From contig JBLDXI010000024.1 in NCBI GenBank assembly GCA_047495785.1, positions 3,224,001-3,288,000 of the forward strand: a stretch of DNA of 64,000 nucleotides, read 5' to 3'. Numbering within the stretch: position 1 is the first letter of the stretch; every line of letters begins with the position of its first letter. This document shows positions 13,501-25,544 of this stretch, piece by piece. The notes below the pieces were generated by a model. It was not told the origin of the DNA. It did no database searches and saw only the letters and a list, made by a program, of their open reading frames with translations. This DNA comes from Lepidodermella squamata. Its lineage: Eukaryota; Animalia; Gastrotricha. The translations under genes were made by a program, and so were the position numbers.

Positions 13501-14519
13501 CCACCTTGTTGTTAACTCACCCTCAGCTCATTACCTTGTGAGTCCCAATTATAATTATAATTTATCAGAAATAATTCCTATTAAAATAGGGCCCTCCTTA
13601 CACGAGATTCGATATACCGAAATTCCTATCCCGTCTCGACTTGAGCCAACCACCTAGCTGTCCGAAATGGGTCGATGGCTTCGTTGTAAATTCTTAAACC
13701 ACCCTAAAAATGATTCATCTCATTTCTTCTTCACAGAGGTTCAGCCATAGAGGAGGTCAAAGAATGCAATCGACAGGGCTAAGGATTACTACAACAGTCA
13801 TAGTCCATTTGCAAGAAGTGACAATACGTAGGACTTACCTCAATTTCGAATACGGCCTCAGCAGCCAGGCTTGGACGGCAGTTCCTATATTCATGGGCAA
13901 TAATAGCCATTCGCATCCTTACGTCGCGAATCAACGGCTCCTTCTGCCGCTATACGCCGGTGCGCCTAATAAAAAATTGCTCAAAGAAATGAGCAGCGTA
14001 ACCGATTTGGTCGAATGGTTTGACAACAGCATTCACGTCAAAAAAGTTAGAAAAATTCCGAAAAAAATCCGAATTAAAATACCAATTTTTCAGATCCATC
14101 CTATAGTAGGTGCTAGGCTATACGTTCGAGTTTGTGACGCTAGAAGGACGGAAGAAATCAGCCTTAGTGATGATTACGTAATTAAATTAAAACCCCCCTT
14201 AATTCAATTAATTTTCGAAGTTTCAGTTGCCATTTAGCAATGTTTTCGCGACCTTGCCTTCAATAATGGAGGCCGAGCCGCCGTCGATGGTACCAATGTT
14301 ACCACCAGCCCTAACTTCCGTGGCAATGAAGACCTATTTATCGGCTCTAGTCGCAAATGATCAAAAATATTTGGATAAAATTATGTTGACTTTGCCTGAT
14401 AAATATCGGCAGGTAAGGAAAATTCCTATTTTTTCCTAATTAATTCTAATAATAATTTTTCTAATTTTGTCCAGATGGTCTTCAAGTTGTACTACTCTGC
14501 TGCAGCGAAAAAGCAATGA
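10501..14519 (+). CDS. Large uncharacterised multi-exon protein: acidic/Cys-rich and Pro-rich N-terminus followed by probable tandem C2-like beta-sandwich domains
   Basis: ORFs 10495-12138, 12173-13204, 13265-13657, 13710-14237 and 14227-14439 are separated by short GT-AG introns. Repeated patterns GFDLYIDSAR / GFAVSIDNA, IGWAVMHIW / IGYSYLNLF / AWTAVPIF and G..QLIPIFAPP / GAHQIRIY..PP / LPLYAGAP. Domain identity is inference and the start is uncertain. Confidence 0.6.
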
Positions 14520-14592
14520 AGAAATTAATTTTGAGAAATAAAAAAAAATGAAAAAACGATTTTTTCAAACGCAACAATTTTTATTTTAAAAA

Positions 14593-15016
14593 TCAGCAAC
14601 AAAGATGAGAAATTTCCTTAGCCAGTTTTTGAGCAGCAACGTAGACGTTATCGAGACGTTTCACCAGCGGCCCGAGCTGGCTTTCAATCCATTGAACAGC
14701 CGCGTCTGTAATACCTTCTGCCAAGTCGGCCTTGCTTTCTTTTGCCAGGGCGAATGAGCGTTCGAGGACGCTGGATATATTTCGCGTCCCGCTGACCAGA
14801 TGCGGCGCCGTTTCGTTGAAAAATTCATCGAGTATTGTTTCGAGGGTTAGCTTCATCAAATTTCGCGAATCATCGGCAACTTCAACTTTTTCCTTTCTCG
14901 ACGGCATGGCGAAAACTTGAAAATTCAGAAAAAATTGTAAAAAAATATTTTTCAAAAATTGGTAACATACCTGAGCCTATCGCGATAGAAAAAACGAGGT
15001 ATGATGCGAAATTCAT
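14593..15016 (-). CDS. Small secreted, probably alpha-helical protein (2 exons, ~120 aa)
   Basis: MNFASYLVFSIAIGS|VFAMPSRKEK: signal peptide split by a phase-1 intron. Confidence 0.6.
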
Positions 15017-15819
15017 TTATGAGGAAACAGGCTTCTCGGTGATTTTTCAACTCGAAATTGGGCAACTCGTCAATAGGATTGATGAATTGGGAGTTAAAAT
15101 TTCGCCTTAAATAGCTCGGTTGGTGTCACATCCGGTTTTCTCCCCAATTTATACAGGTGACACTTAATATTGAATCAGTTGCAACGCATGTTCATATTTA
15201 CTGATCAAGCTTTGAATAAATATTAGAAAAATTTGTGAGCCAAATTATAGGCAACATGCTTTCTGCAACAGAATGCCTTTTCATCAAGCAAAATTATAGG
15301 TATAAATAAATTACGATGAACAAAATGCGGATAAATTGATATCACTAGCGAGAATAAAGCCGGTTATAAATGTCATCAATAATCAATTTGAGACAGATGA
15401 GAAACAGATAAGGAAATCGAAGTTTGTAAATAAAGGAATTTCTTGAAAAGATCTTTTTCAAAATCAATAAGAGCGAATTATTATACATAATTTTCGGAGA
15501 AATTATTAGTAAGCAACAAAAGGTTTGAACCATTCCGAAAAATTTAAAAATAATTCAGAAATTTTGAAAAATTTGAAAATTGAATTTTTTGAAAAATTGA
15601 ACAAATTAAGCGAAAAAATTCAATCACAATAACAATTTCGGAACACTGCCAAAAATTAGGTCAACAATTTATGAGACACCCTACACCCTGTATTTAAATA
15701 GTCACTAATTTTCCAGGAATTTTTAGTGTTGAGCCAAATTTTCAAAATTAGCAAAACTCCAAATTCCAAAGTAGAATTTTCAAAATTTTCCGGCAGACCG
15801 TTATTATAGCAAATTCCCA

Positions 15820-15975
15820 AAACAGCCAACGCGACAAAACAGCAACTTTTTAATTTGCGACAGCAGAACAGCAGAAACACAACGCATCTTTTAGTTTTCG
15901 CTGTTTTGTCGCGAAATAAAAAAGTTGCTGTTTTGTCGCATTCGCTGTTTCGAGAAATTGCTGTTTTGTCGCAGT
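15820..15975. repeat. Short inverted/tandem repeat cluster (gcgacaaaacagc / gctgttttgtcgc)
   Basis: Motif occurs in both orientations forming an imperfect palindrome; probably a TE relic. Confidence 0.5.
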
Positions 15976-16150
15976 ACCCACCAACCCGAAATTCCGATTG
16001 TGAACATTGACATTTTTTTTGTCGTATAAGGAATTTTCGATTATGTTACGCCTCGCAAATTTCGAAAAACTTTGGAAGGATTCGTCATCCTGAAAATTGC
16101 CACTTCCTTTGAAAACAAAATTGATTTCCTCATCACGATTTCCCTAATAA

Positions 16151-18239
16151 TTATTTGGCAGTAACTGACGACTGTTCTTGAACCTTCGCGTTCAACATGG
16201 CTAAAATAGCATTTCGATCACCAGTCAGCTTAGCGTAGTGCATCGCCGTCCGGCCTTTATTGTCCCTAACACTGACGTCAATCCCGCTGTCTAAACTGAG
16301 CAACATCCGCACGATATCGACCTGGCCACAGCCGGCCGCGATCATCAACGCATTCCGGCCTTTTTTAAACTCCCGCTCAGCCACGTCGGCCTTGTAATCT
16401 CGAGCGAGCGCCGCCGCAACATCGGCATGGCCGGCTTTGATGGCGATCATGAGTGGGGTCCAGCCCCATCCGTCCTTGATGTTGACATTGGCGTGGAATT
16501 CTTCGATGAGCATGCGAACAGTGTCCAGGCGGCCGTTTTCAGCCGCGTAGGCCAGCGCGCTTTTCCCTGTTGTTCCATTCGTGTTTTTATCGTTAACGTC
16601 CAAATCGCGTTGAGCCAGCAACTCGCGAACCGCCATTGTGTCACCGCGGCACGCAGCTTCGAACAATTCCTAAATGCGCGAAAATGAATTGATTTTTTTT
16701 TCGATTAGTTTGAATCGAACAAGCCAAAAATATGGGGAACTAATGATAAGGCTCGAAATTTAAGCTTTAAAGAATTCCTGGGGGAATGTGGAAATCAATT
16801 TAGGATGCAATTGTCATAGTTTATTTTTTCATTTATTCGAGCTTGAAACTTTAAGGAAAATGACTAGTTTTCGGTTCATATAAAGCAAACACGGTGTTCC
16901 GATGGCCTAGCCACTTTTCCTCCTGAATATGGTTATTGGCGAACGGTCCCAAAATCGAGATGTGTTAAAATCCGAAACTTGACCTCTAACCCTGACCTCA
17001 ACCCTGAAACCTGTAAGCTGAACCCTAACGCTAACTCTACCGGTAGCAACAATTTGATCATGCTTCCTTAATTCAGCAAATGTTTGTAGGTAACAAAGTA
17101 CAAAAGTTATCCTTGAACCTTTTTCATGTCATATAGTTCCTTGTTTCCAGTATTTTCAAAAACTTACAAATAATTTACAAAAGATGTGCATAATTAAATG
17201 AACAATATTTAGTCATCGTTTTGTGAAAAACCACAGTCTATATTTTCGGATATAGTGAAATCATTACCGAATTATTGAATTCCGTACCAAACTATTCCAA
17301 CCAGTTCCAAATCCCTAATTTTATGACCCAAGCTTCAACCCTAACCTAACCCTAACTACTATCCACAACCCTAGCCAGTTAAATAACGAATAAAATGGTT
17401 AGGTATTGAATTAAATGCAATTTGGTAGGTAACAGCGTAAGATTTCCCCTAAATTTTTAGCAGAATTTAGGCCGCGCTCGTTGATATCAAATGGCTCCTT
17501 TCGCATTTGTAGCGGTTTTTACACTGAAATAAAATTCAAGAAATTCTCTATCAAATGAATATCGGGGTTCTCACGCGAAGTAATTAAGGTGCGCCTATAA
17601 CTTTTGCATTTGCGCGGAATTTTTTGGCGAATTTTCCTTTTTTTTATTACATTTCAGTTTCAATTTTGTACTACATAATTATTAATTATACACACTAACG
17701 CGCGTTCCTTATTAGAAAGGTAAATAATGTTCAGAAAGCAAAGAAAATAATTTTTTGAAGATTTTATTAAATTTTCGAAGGTTTATAAGGAATTGAATAA
17801 GAACTACTCTTCCATATTTGTCTGATATAGCACGAGTAAAGAGTCTATATTATCTGAACGGAGCCGGCCGAGATTTACGAATCGGAACGAGTCGAAGACG
17901 AGTGGAGATGAGTAAATCTCGGCCGGCTCCGTTCAGATATAAACGATTTACGAGTGCTGTATCAAAAAATATTGCATGAGCACATCTACTAACACTATAT
18001 TTTTGAAACGAATGCTATATTAAAAAAAAGGCAACGTGGAAGGCGCGCGAGAGGACACACTATACCGTACACCTAATATAATATATCAGAAACTCCTGAA
18101 CTTTCATAGGGTATGAAATCCGCCAGATCGTGATTAAGCCTTTGAAGTCAGAGCTGTGCTAGCGCGCGGTCTCAACAAAACCTCAACACATGATAAGAAA
18201 ACTTACAAAAGCTGCGGCCGCTTTGAGCGTCGGGTCCAT
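16151..18239 (-). CDS. Ankyrin-repeat protein (~4-5 ANK repeats), 2 exons
   Basis: Exon 1 18207-18239 (MDPTLKAAAAF, gtaagt donor); exon 2 from 16669 ELFEAACRGD..GKSALAYAA..GWTPLMIA..GRNALMIAA..GRTAMHYA. Confidence 0.8.
17820..18030. repeat. Palindromic dispersed repeat (non-autonomous element), copy 1
   Basis: tatctgaacggagccggccgagatttac ... gtaaatctcggccggctccgttcagata forms a perfect stem. Related copies at ~29925-30235 and ~32263-32495. Confidence 0.75.
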
Positions 18240-19610
18240 ATAATCAGTCGAAAAACCGGTTATAATGCCAGCTCGTTGAACTTTGTTGAAAATTAATAAG
18301 AACCGGCGACTATAAATTCATCTGGGACATAACTGTATCACACGTGAGAACAAAATGATCTCATATTATTATGCATCCACGTGGTATAGCTCCTATACTA
18401 GCCGTGATTCAGTAGTATAATACATGTTATATAATATCTGTTATAGAGATGATGAATATATTCTCATTAAGTCAAGTGAAGCGCGACCGATGAGCCACAT
18501 TCGTAATAACGAGTACATGTAATAACGATGACACAGCACAAAATAGCGCGCTGGATTATCGATCATTCGCACGTCAATTTTCGGCAGCTATATAGCGTGG
18601 AAATAACTGCTGAAAAAAATGAGATTTAAGATTTAAATTTGAAAAAAATTCCTCCCATATAGAAAACTTATGAATAAAGAAAAAAATAAAAATAAAAAGA
18701 TTTATTACAAATCCGAATAATTAAATTTAACATTTTAAAAGAAGGCTTTATAGGCTACAGCAATTTTAATTATCTATTTTATTGAAAATTCTCTTCCCTG
18801 AATCTGAATAGCGTCGGAATCAGTGTGTGTCGTAGGTTCATGGAGCTACATATTTCGTGATACGCAACATTTATAACTAGTCTCCTATTCCCTACTTTTC
18901 GCTCTAATTTCGCTTCTATTAGCTTGAGCCTAATGTCAAATAAAAAGGGGAAACAGTTCGAACTAAAAAGAAATCTCATGTTTATAGCGTTGAATCCTTT
19001 TAGCCTAATCACATACGAAGCCCGAAGTATCGATACGGTTAACCGGTCTAAATTCTGACAAAATCGTACGTTTCTTGCCTTGAGTTCAAAAATGCAAAAT
19101 CGAAACTAATTACAATATAAGATTCAATATGGAACTATGAAACTATACCTCAACTAGAATGCTATACGAACGCTCTTGAGACCATTAACCATAAAAACAG
19201 CATAAGCGGTAGTTATTACAGATGTGCAGTTATTAAATTCTTATTCGATTTTCTACACTATTACTATACAACACTAACGCTACAATCGGCGTATAATGTG
19301 CCGCCTCCTAAATTACCTCCATTCCTACTGATGCTAAGCAGATGGAAATGCTAAGCGAATGAGCGTGATTATACTTGAAAATTACCTCTCAGATATTATT
19401 CTCACCATCAATTGTTTGCAAAAAATCTTTGAAGCGGGTACAAGGAATTATGGATTTCTTATACACAGAGGAATCCTTGGCTCTTTGACCATTTATTTTA
19501 CAAGTTATGCAGTTATTAATAAATAATCAGTTATCAACATAAAATTAAAGCCGCTGTATGTAATTTGTTTTCCGTGGGTTAAGGAACGCATGGGCCTCAG
19601 TTAGACCGAC

Positions 19611-20874
19611 TCAACTTGGAGCGGCTTGAGTGCAGTACTCGACGTTGAGGCCGTAGACAGTGGCTTGGCCCATGTTGTTCTTCGCAGTCGCCGTTCTTGT
19701 GTTGAAAAGCCCAGCACAGCAGTTGCCGAACGACGTGTAACCTGAGCTGCTAACAGTTGACAGCTGACCGGACTGAAAAATGCATGAAAAAACCGATTGT
19801 TAGATTTATTCATCGTCTAATTCGCTTGAGCATAAAGGGAACTATCCCCGATTCAACTTAACGAGGGAAATGAAATTCTGAGTAGAGACTTCCTAATGTG
19901 GTCGGTTTTTAAGCTGAACTCCTTCGCCCTTTGGTTTCGGAAATAGCAAAACCAGTGCGACGAAGGATCCTCGAGCTATGGGATTCTTCCGGATATTTCC
20001 GGTCCTGACCTTCCGGACCAAAGGGTGTTTCTTGCTCGGACTTCTCGAGCTGAGGGTTACGGGAGGGACGGTTCACGGTTCCCCCTGTACACTGACAAAG
20101 GTTCCAAAAAGCTCCAAAGCTAAGAGAGGAGTTAGAAAGAGATGGCAAGGCGGAAGACTTACTCCTCCAGTGACGAATGTGTTGAAGGTAGCGCCGTCAC
20201 AAGTGTACGGGAATCGGTGGCAGCGGGCGAGTGCTTGCGAAGTGGCTGTTGTGCAGGCCTTGTAGGGCAGAGCATCGTTACCGGCGAAGCAGGCACCCTG
20301 GACAGTTGGCGAGGTTTGAACAACGTCGTAGACAAGCTTGTTCCAAGTCTTCGAGATCGAAGCGCAGCAGTCTTCGAACGAGTTGAACGAGGCGGCCGGA
20401 ACAGCGGGCTGTGAAACAGGGGAGTTTCAGGTAAAATCTCTTCAAGCAAGTCTTTCCTTCACTCACCAGACCTCCGGTGATCAAGTTGCAAGCTGAACCA
20501 GCATTCTGGAGACAATACTGAACAGCAACAGCAGCAGGAGCGGGCGAATTGACAGCGCACAGGGTGAATTGGCTCTATAACGGGCGACAAAAGTAGTAAG
20601 ATTAAAATAAGAGTGCTGATGACTGTGATGACTTTAGTCAAGATATCCCGAATCAAAGTTCGCTTGAAAACCTTTCCTTTTCACTACAAGAAAAATGCTC
20701 AAACCTTAGATTGAAACTTACATTTTGAATGCAGAGCTGGTTTGCATTGCAACCGGTGGCGGCGCAGTTTGCTGTGCTCGCACAGACCGAAGTTGGGCAT
20801 GGCGTCGATGTGGAGGGTGGACAGGCGACGGCGGCGGAGGCGAGCGCGGCCACAAGTAAAACAACAGCTTGCAT
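19611..20874 (-). CDS. Secreted 18-Cys protein, subtype A (copy 1), 4 exons
   Basis: Signal peptide, then CPPSTSTPCP..|SQFTLC..YCLQNAGSAC..|..SFEDCC..ACFAGND..RFPYTCDG..|SGQL..CCAGLF..VEYCTQAAPS*. All introns phase 0. Confidence 0.8.
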
Positions 20875-21293
20875 GATACAGTCGGCTTCAGGTATAGTCA
20901 CGTTTATCAACAGTGAAAAGCTGTATAGGCGCCGGAGGGTCTCGTAACATGCGTCTTATCTCAAGCTCTCCAAGCGTCCGAACGGCAGTTGATGAGTCAT
21001 CAAACGGTCATCATACCGTAGACATCATAAACCTTCTCATTACCCACCAAAATTCATGAAAAATTACAATAAATTCCTAAATTAATCCCAACATTCAGAT
21101 CAAACTTTCCGGTATGAATTTTTAAAATTAAAGCTGGGGAGTATTTGTAATTATTTAAAGACTTTGACTTGGAATTACCATTTTTAACGGCTTCGAGCGG
21201 GTTCGGACTATTAGTGCCGTTATAATAAACAAGACATGCTTAGCTTAACATTATAGCAGGTTTTTGAAGGTTTTTTACATCATTCACGCCGCC

Positions 21294-22111
21294 ATGAAGG
21301 TTTTCGTTGCTATTGCTGCTTTGGTTTCTTTCGCCCAGGCCTGCCCACCCTCGTCGACTGCTACGCCCTGCCCTACAGTAACATGCCCACAGGGACAGAG
21401 CTGCTATCCTCTTACCTGCCCGAATTCAGCATACAGTTGTGGTAGCAAGGTAATTTTGCCTTAATTGTTCGCCTCTCGATGTTTCGCTAATATCTTCCAT
21501 TACGTTCAGAACCAGTTCGCTCTATGCTCTGTTAAGACCTCGGTCATTCAGACTACTGCGACTTACTGTCTTTCGACCTCCGGCCTCGCTTGCAGTGCCC
21601 TGACTGGCGGAAGCGTTAGATTCATAAACATTTTGGGATTTTGATATTTTCACGATGAATTTTCAGGCGGTCGCATCCGGAATTACATACGACTCCTTCA
21701 CAGCTTGCTGCGCCGCAGTTGCTCCACAGGCCTCCCTTCAGTACCTGCAACTCTCGCTCGGCAACCCTGTTTCAACCCCTGTTGTAGCCTGCATGAACAC
21801 GCCCGATACAGAGCCTTACAAAATCTGCGTTTCGAACCCTGGCGCTGCAGTTGGAGCAACGTGCGTTCGTTTCCCAGCCTCGTGCACCTCGACTACAACC
21901 CAAGCATTCGTCGCGATTGTAATTACTGAATTTCTAAGATTTTTTTTCAATTTATTCAATAATTTTTCTGTGATAGAGCCCTGGCCCGATTACCAAGTAC
22001 GCCTACGCTCGTTACGACCAGTGCTGTGCTGCTCTCGCGACCGCTACTCCCGTTCAAAATACGGTTACAAGCCTGCTCGGAAGCCCGGTCGATCAATGCA
22101 CGGGTGTGTAA
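21294..22111 (+). CDS. Secreted 18-Cys protein, subtype B (copy 1), 4 exons
   Basis: MKVFVAIAALVSFAQA-CPPSSTATPCP..|NQFALC..ATYCLSTSGLAC..|..SFTACC..QYLQLSLGNP..CVRFPASC..|SPG..QCCA..GSPVDQCTGV*. Confidence 0.8.
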
Positions 22112-23087
22112 ACCAACGATAGATACTAACTTTTGTATCATCAACCAGCTAATAATAATTAGTTAATTGTTTTCCGTATTTATAACTTCATTTTCCGTCG
22201 TAACAATTCGTTGTCCAGTTGGAACAAGAAAATTGCAATAAAATTTTTGGTTTTGAGCCGAATTTTTTGTTGTCTTTTCCTTAAGTGCGTTAATTCACAA
22301 ACACAAGGTTTAGATCTGCTAATTGCAACCTAATTAGGCAGCCGGTTTTTTCATTATCCTCTCACGAATATAATGTGTGTTGATAGGCGGCCGGCCGCTC
22401 GCGCGCGCTACTTGCTACTTGCGTAATTACTATTATGTAAAGAGCTCTTTTGAAATACCCGTGGACGGTCTACACTAATATGCTGGGGTATAGAATAGAT
22501 TGAAGAGCATGCTTTCGACTCGGCCGTGTGTTCACAACAAGGCCGACCGGCGCGAAAAATTTATCATAGCTTGCATCTTAACTATTTTCATTGAGTATAG
22601 AATAATCGCGAAAATAATACCTGTGATAATTACTGGAAGTGAGAAGATGAGTGCAGGAGTGCAGTGGCCGATACATCATACCACTAAAAGTCCGATCTTC
22701 ACGACCAAACTCACAAACCTCGTTAATTGTTAATTGAAATAAAATCAACTTGTTCGATTCTGAAATTTTCAAGCTCGGTACTTAACGATTTGCCTTTGGC
22801 CTCTGAGGTAAATGTATGTATGCTTGGAATTTTCAGCTTTCAAGTACCTACCTAATACGATCATCAGTTCCACAATTTCTTAACTGACCATGATGTACAT
22901 CAATTGGGAGTTGCGATATTGTCCTATTGAAATTGGAAAGTTTGAGAGCTCACATGAAACTTGGCATTGTTCAAGATACATCAATAATTATACTTTATTT
23001 GACTTTTTATGCAACACATTCGCAACATAATCATGGTGCAAGCTGCTTCGTTGTATTGTTTACCTCCTTGCCAATGGGAGAAGCAAG

Positions 23088-25544
23088 TTAACGGCGGAAA
23101 ATCATTGAGAATAAAGCAATGAAGATTACGGCGAGTTTACCAAAGCCACCAATAACGGCCGAGGACGATATTACTCTGGTAGTTAGCGTGGGCGTTGGCC
23201 CAGGTGTAGGTGCTGGCGTAGGCGCGGCTGTTGTTGTAGGCTCCGCTTGGAGAGTGAAACTTCCTTTTTCCGTACCAATTTCAATATTGAAGAGCCCTGG
23301 CTCAGCAATTCGCTTATTATTTCTGCCGATGAATGACAGGTGTTGCCAGCGTTCGAGAATGAATCTGACGGTGGTGGATGCCCCAGGCGCCAAATCGACC
23401 TTCGTAAATCCTTTCACTTGGCGAATCGGGCGAGTCACACTAGCTACAGCGTCGGTCACGTATAGGATAACAGTCTCTTTGCCAGCCAGTTTTCCGGTAT
23501 TTTGGACAGTAACACTAACCTCGAAAGAGTCCTCGCTCAGTGGCAAAGTCTTAAGGTTCGTGTAGGCGAAAGTGGTGTAGCTCAAGCCGTGGCCAAATGG
23601 GTAAAGGCTGTAGTACTCATTCGGCCAGAAGTTTTCCAAGGCCTTGATGTCGTACGTGGTCATACCATTCGGGCTTGTTGGATATGTGATTGGAAGCCTT
23701 CCATTCGGGTTGTAGTCATTGAATAGGATATCAGCAATCGCTTCGCTTCCTCGAGTTCCAGGTAGAAGCCCGATGAGAACAGCCTTAGTATTTGGGTGAT
23801 TGGCGATGTCTGTAATTATGCGAGGACGTCCGCCCAGATAGACTACAATAACAGGCTTATTGAGGGCCAGCAAACGGTTGGCTAAAGTGAGCTGCTTCTC
23901 GTCGAGAAGAATTGATCCAATATTGCCGAAGCCTTCGGTGTAAGTATCCTCGCCAATTGCTAGAACAATAACGTCGTTATCCGCAGCAGCTGCAACAGCT
24001 TCATCGATCATGGAATCACTCTTGAAGTCAACACCTTGTTTGAAGGTCACGATATGACCGCCAGGGCTGGCTTTTTGATTGATTGCGTCGAATAGGGTCA
24101 GCTTTTTCCGGCCGAATTGAGTGTAGTATTCTTCTTGATCGCCCTGCCATGTGTAGGTCCAACCACCGCAAAGGACACGCAGGAAATTGCTAGTAGGTCC
24201 AGTTACTAGAACCTTATTGCTGCCGGTTTTCGGGAGTGGTAGGAAAGAGTCATTGTTTTTAGCCAGAACAATACTTTCGCGAGCTGCTTCAAGATTGACT
24301 TGTTCAAACTCTGCATTTCCAATGTTTTTCATTTGATCCTCATCGGCGTACAGATTTCTTTCGTCGAGAATTCCCAAAGCGTTTTTCACGTTGAGAATTC
24401 GAGTGACTGCGTCGTCAACTCGAGCCTTGAATGGGGCGTCGCCTTTGTTGACGATGCTGACGCAGTGGTCGTAGAAGCTGAAGTCATTTGGAACCATGCT
24501 CATGTCAACACCAGCCATGACTCCAATGCGAACGGCCTCTTCCGGGCTCTCGGCTATCTTATCGCGGGTGTAGAAGCGAATCTGGGAAGAATAAAAATAA
24601 TCGTGTAATAAGCTTCATTTGGTGTTTCAAAGTGGATAACTTACGATATCTTCCCAGTCGCTGACAGCGAAACCATCAAACTTGAGCTCGCCCTTGAGGA
24701 TATCATTGATGTAGTAGCTATTCGAGTGGCCAGGAATACCATTGACCGATCCTGAGTTGATCATCACAGTAGGCGATTTAGCTTTTACAGCCGTTTCAAA
24801 CGGAGGCAAGAAGGTTTCGCGCAACACATTTTCCGGGATGAGCGCATCAGTACGATCTCGGCCATTGAACGGCAAACTGTAGCCGACGAAATGCTTCATA
24901 CAAGTCGCAGTGTTGTTACGATCCAGATAATCTCCATTTCCTTGATGGCCATTGATATAAGCTTCGCCGAGAACTTGGCAAACTAGCGTGTCTTCGCCAA
25001 AGGTTTCGTAGAGACGAGGCCATAGGGGTTGCCGGCCTACATCAAGAACAGGGTTGAAGTTCCATGGGATTCCAACAGCTCGAGTTTCGTAGGAGGTGAT
25101 ATGGCCGATTTTCTTGACCATGTCAACATTGAAGGTTGCAGCTGCTGCGAGAGGTTGGGGGAACAAAGTTCCCTCCTGAATGTAGTTCGCCCCATGAATT
25201 GAATCAAGGCCATAGAGAATTGGAATCCCAAGCCTAGTTCCCTTAGCCAGATTCTGAATCGTCTTGATCACTTCCGCCCAAATTGCCTTCGACGCAGCAA
25301 AATTGCCAGGCGAATTGAGGATTGAACCGACGTGTTTATCGTTCAAAGCAGTTTTCAGCATATCGAGATTGATTGGGTTGTTCGGGTCGAATGGATGGTT
25401 GTCGAGGAGGTCGTAAGTTACTTGCGTCATTTGGCCGCATTTCTCCTCCCATGTCATTGCGTTCAAAAGTTTGGTAACATCGGCGGCCCAGGACGGATTG
25501 CAGGCCAAGGCAGAAATCAGGGAGAAAATGAGCAATAAGTTCAT
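23088..25544 (-). CDS. Glycoside hydrolase family 3 beta-glucosidase; signal peptide and hydrophobic C-terminus (GPI/TM); one intron 24582-24644
   Basis: EKCGQMTQ, GLDSIHG, WNFNPVLD, ETFGED, KHFVGY, SDWEDI (nucleophile Asp), AARESIVL, CGGWT, IGEDTYTE, GRLPITYP, YPFGHGLSYT, C-terminal Fn3-like domain. Confidence 0.93.

Noticed and set aside
16975-17375. Telomere-like (aaccct)n stretches
   Set aside because: Short, degenerate and intronic; more likely internal to a TE relic than a true interstitial telomere.
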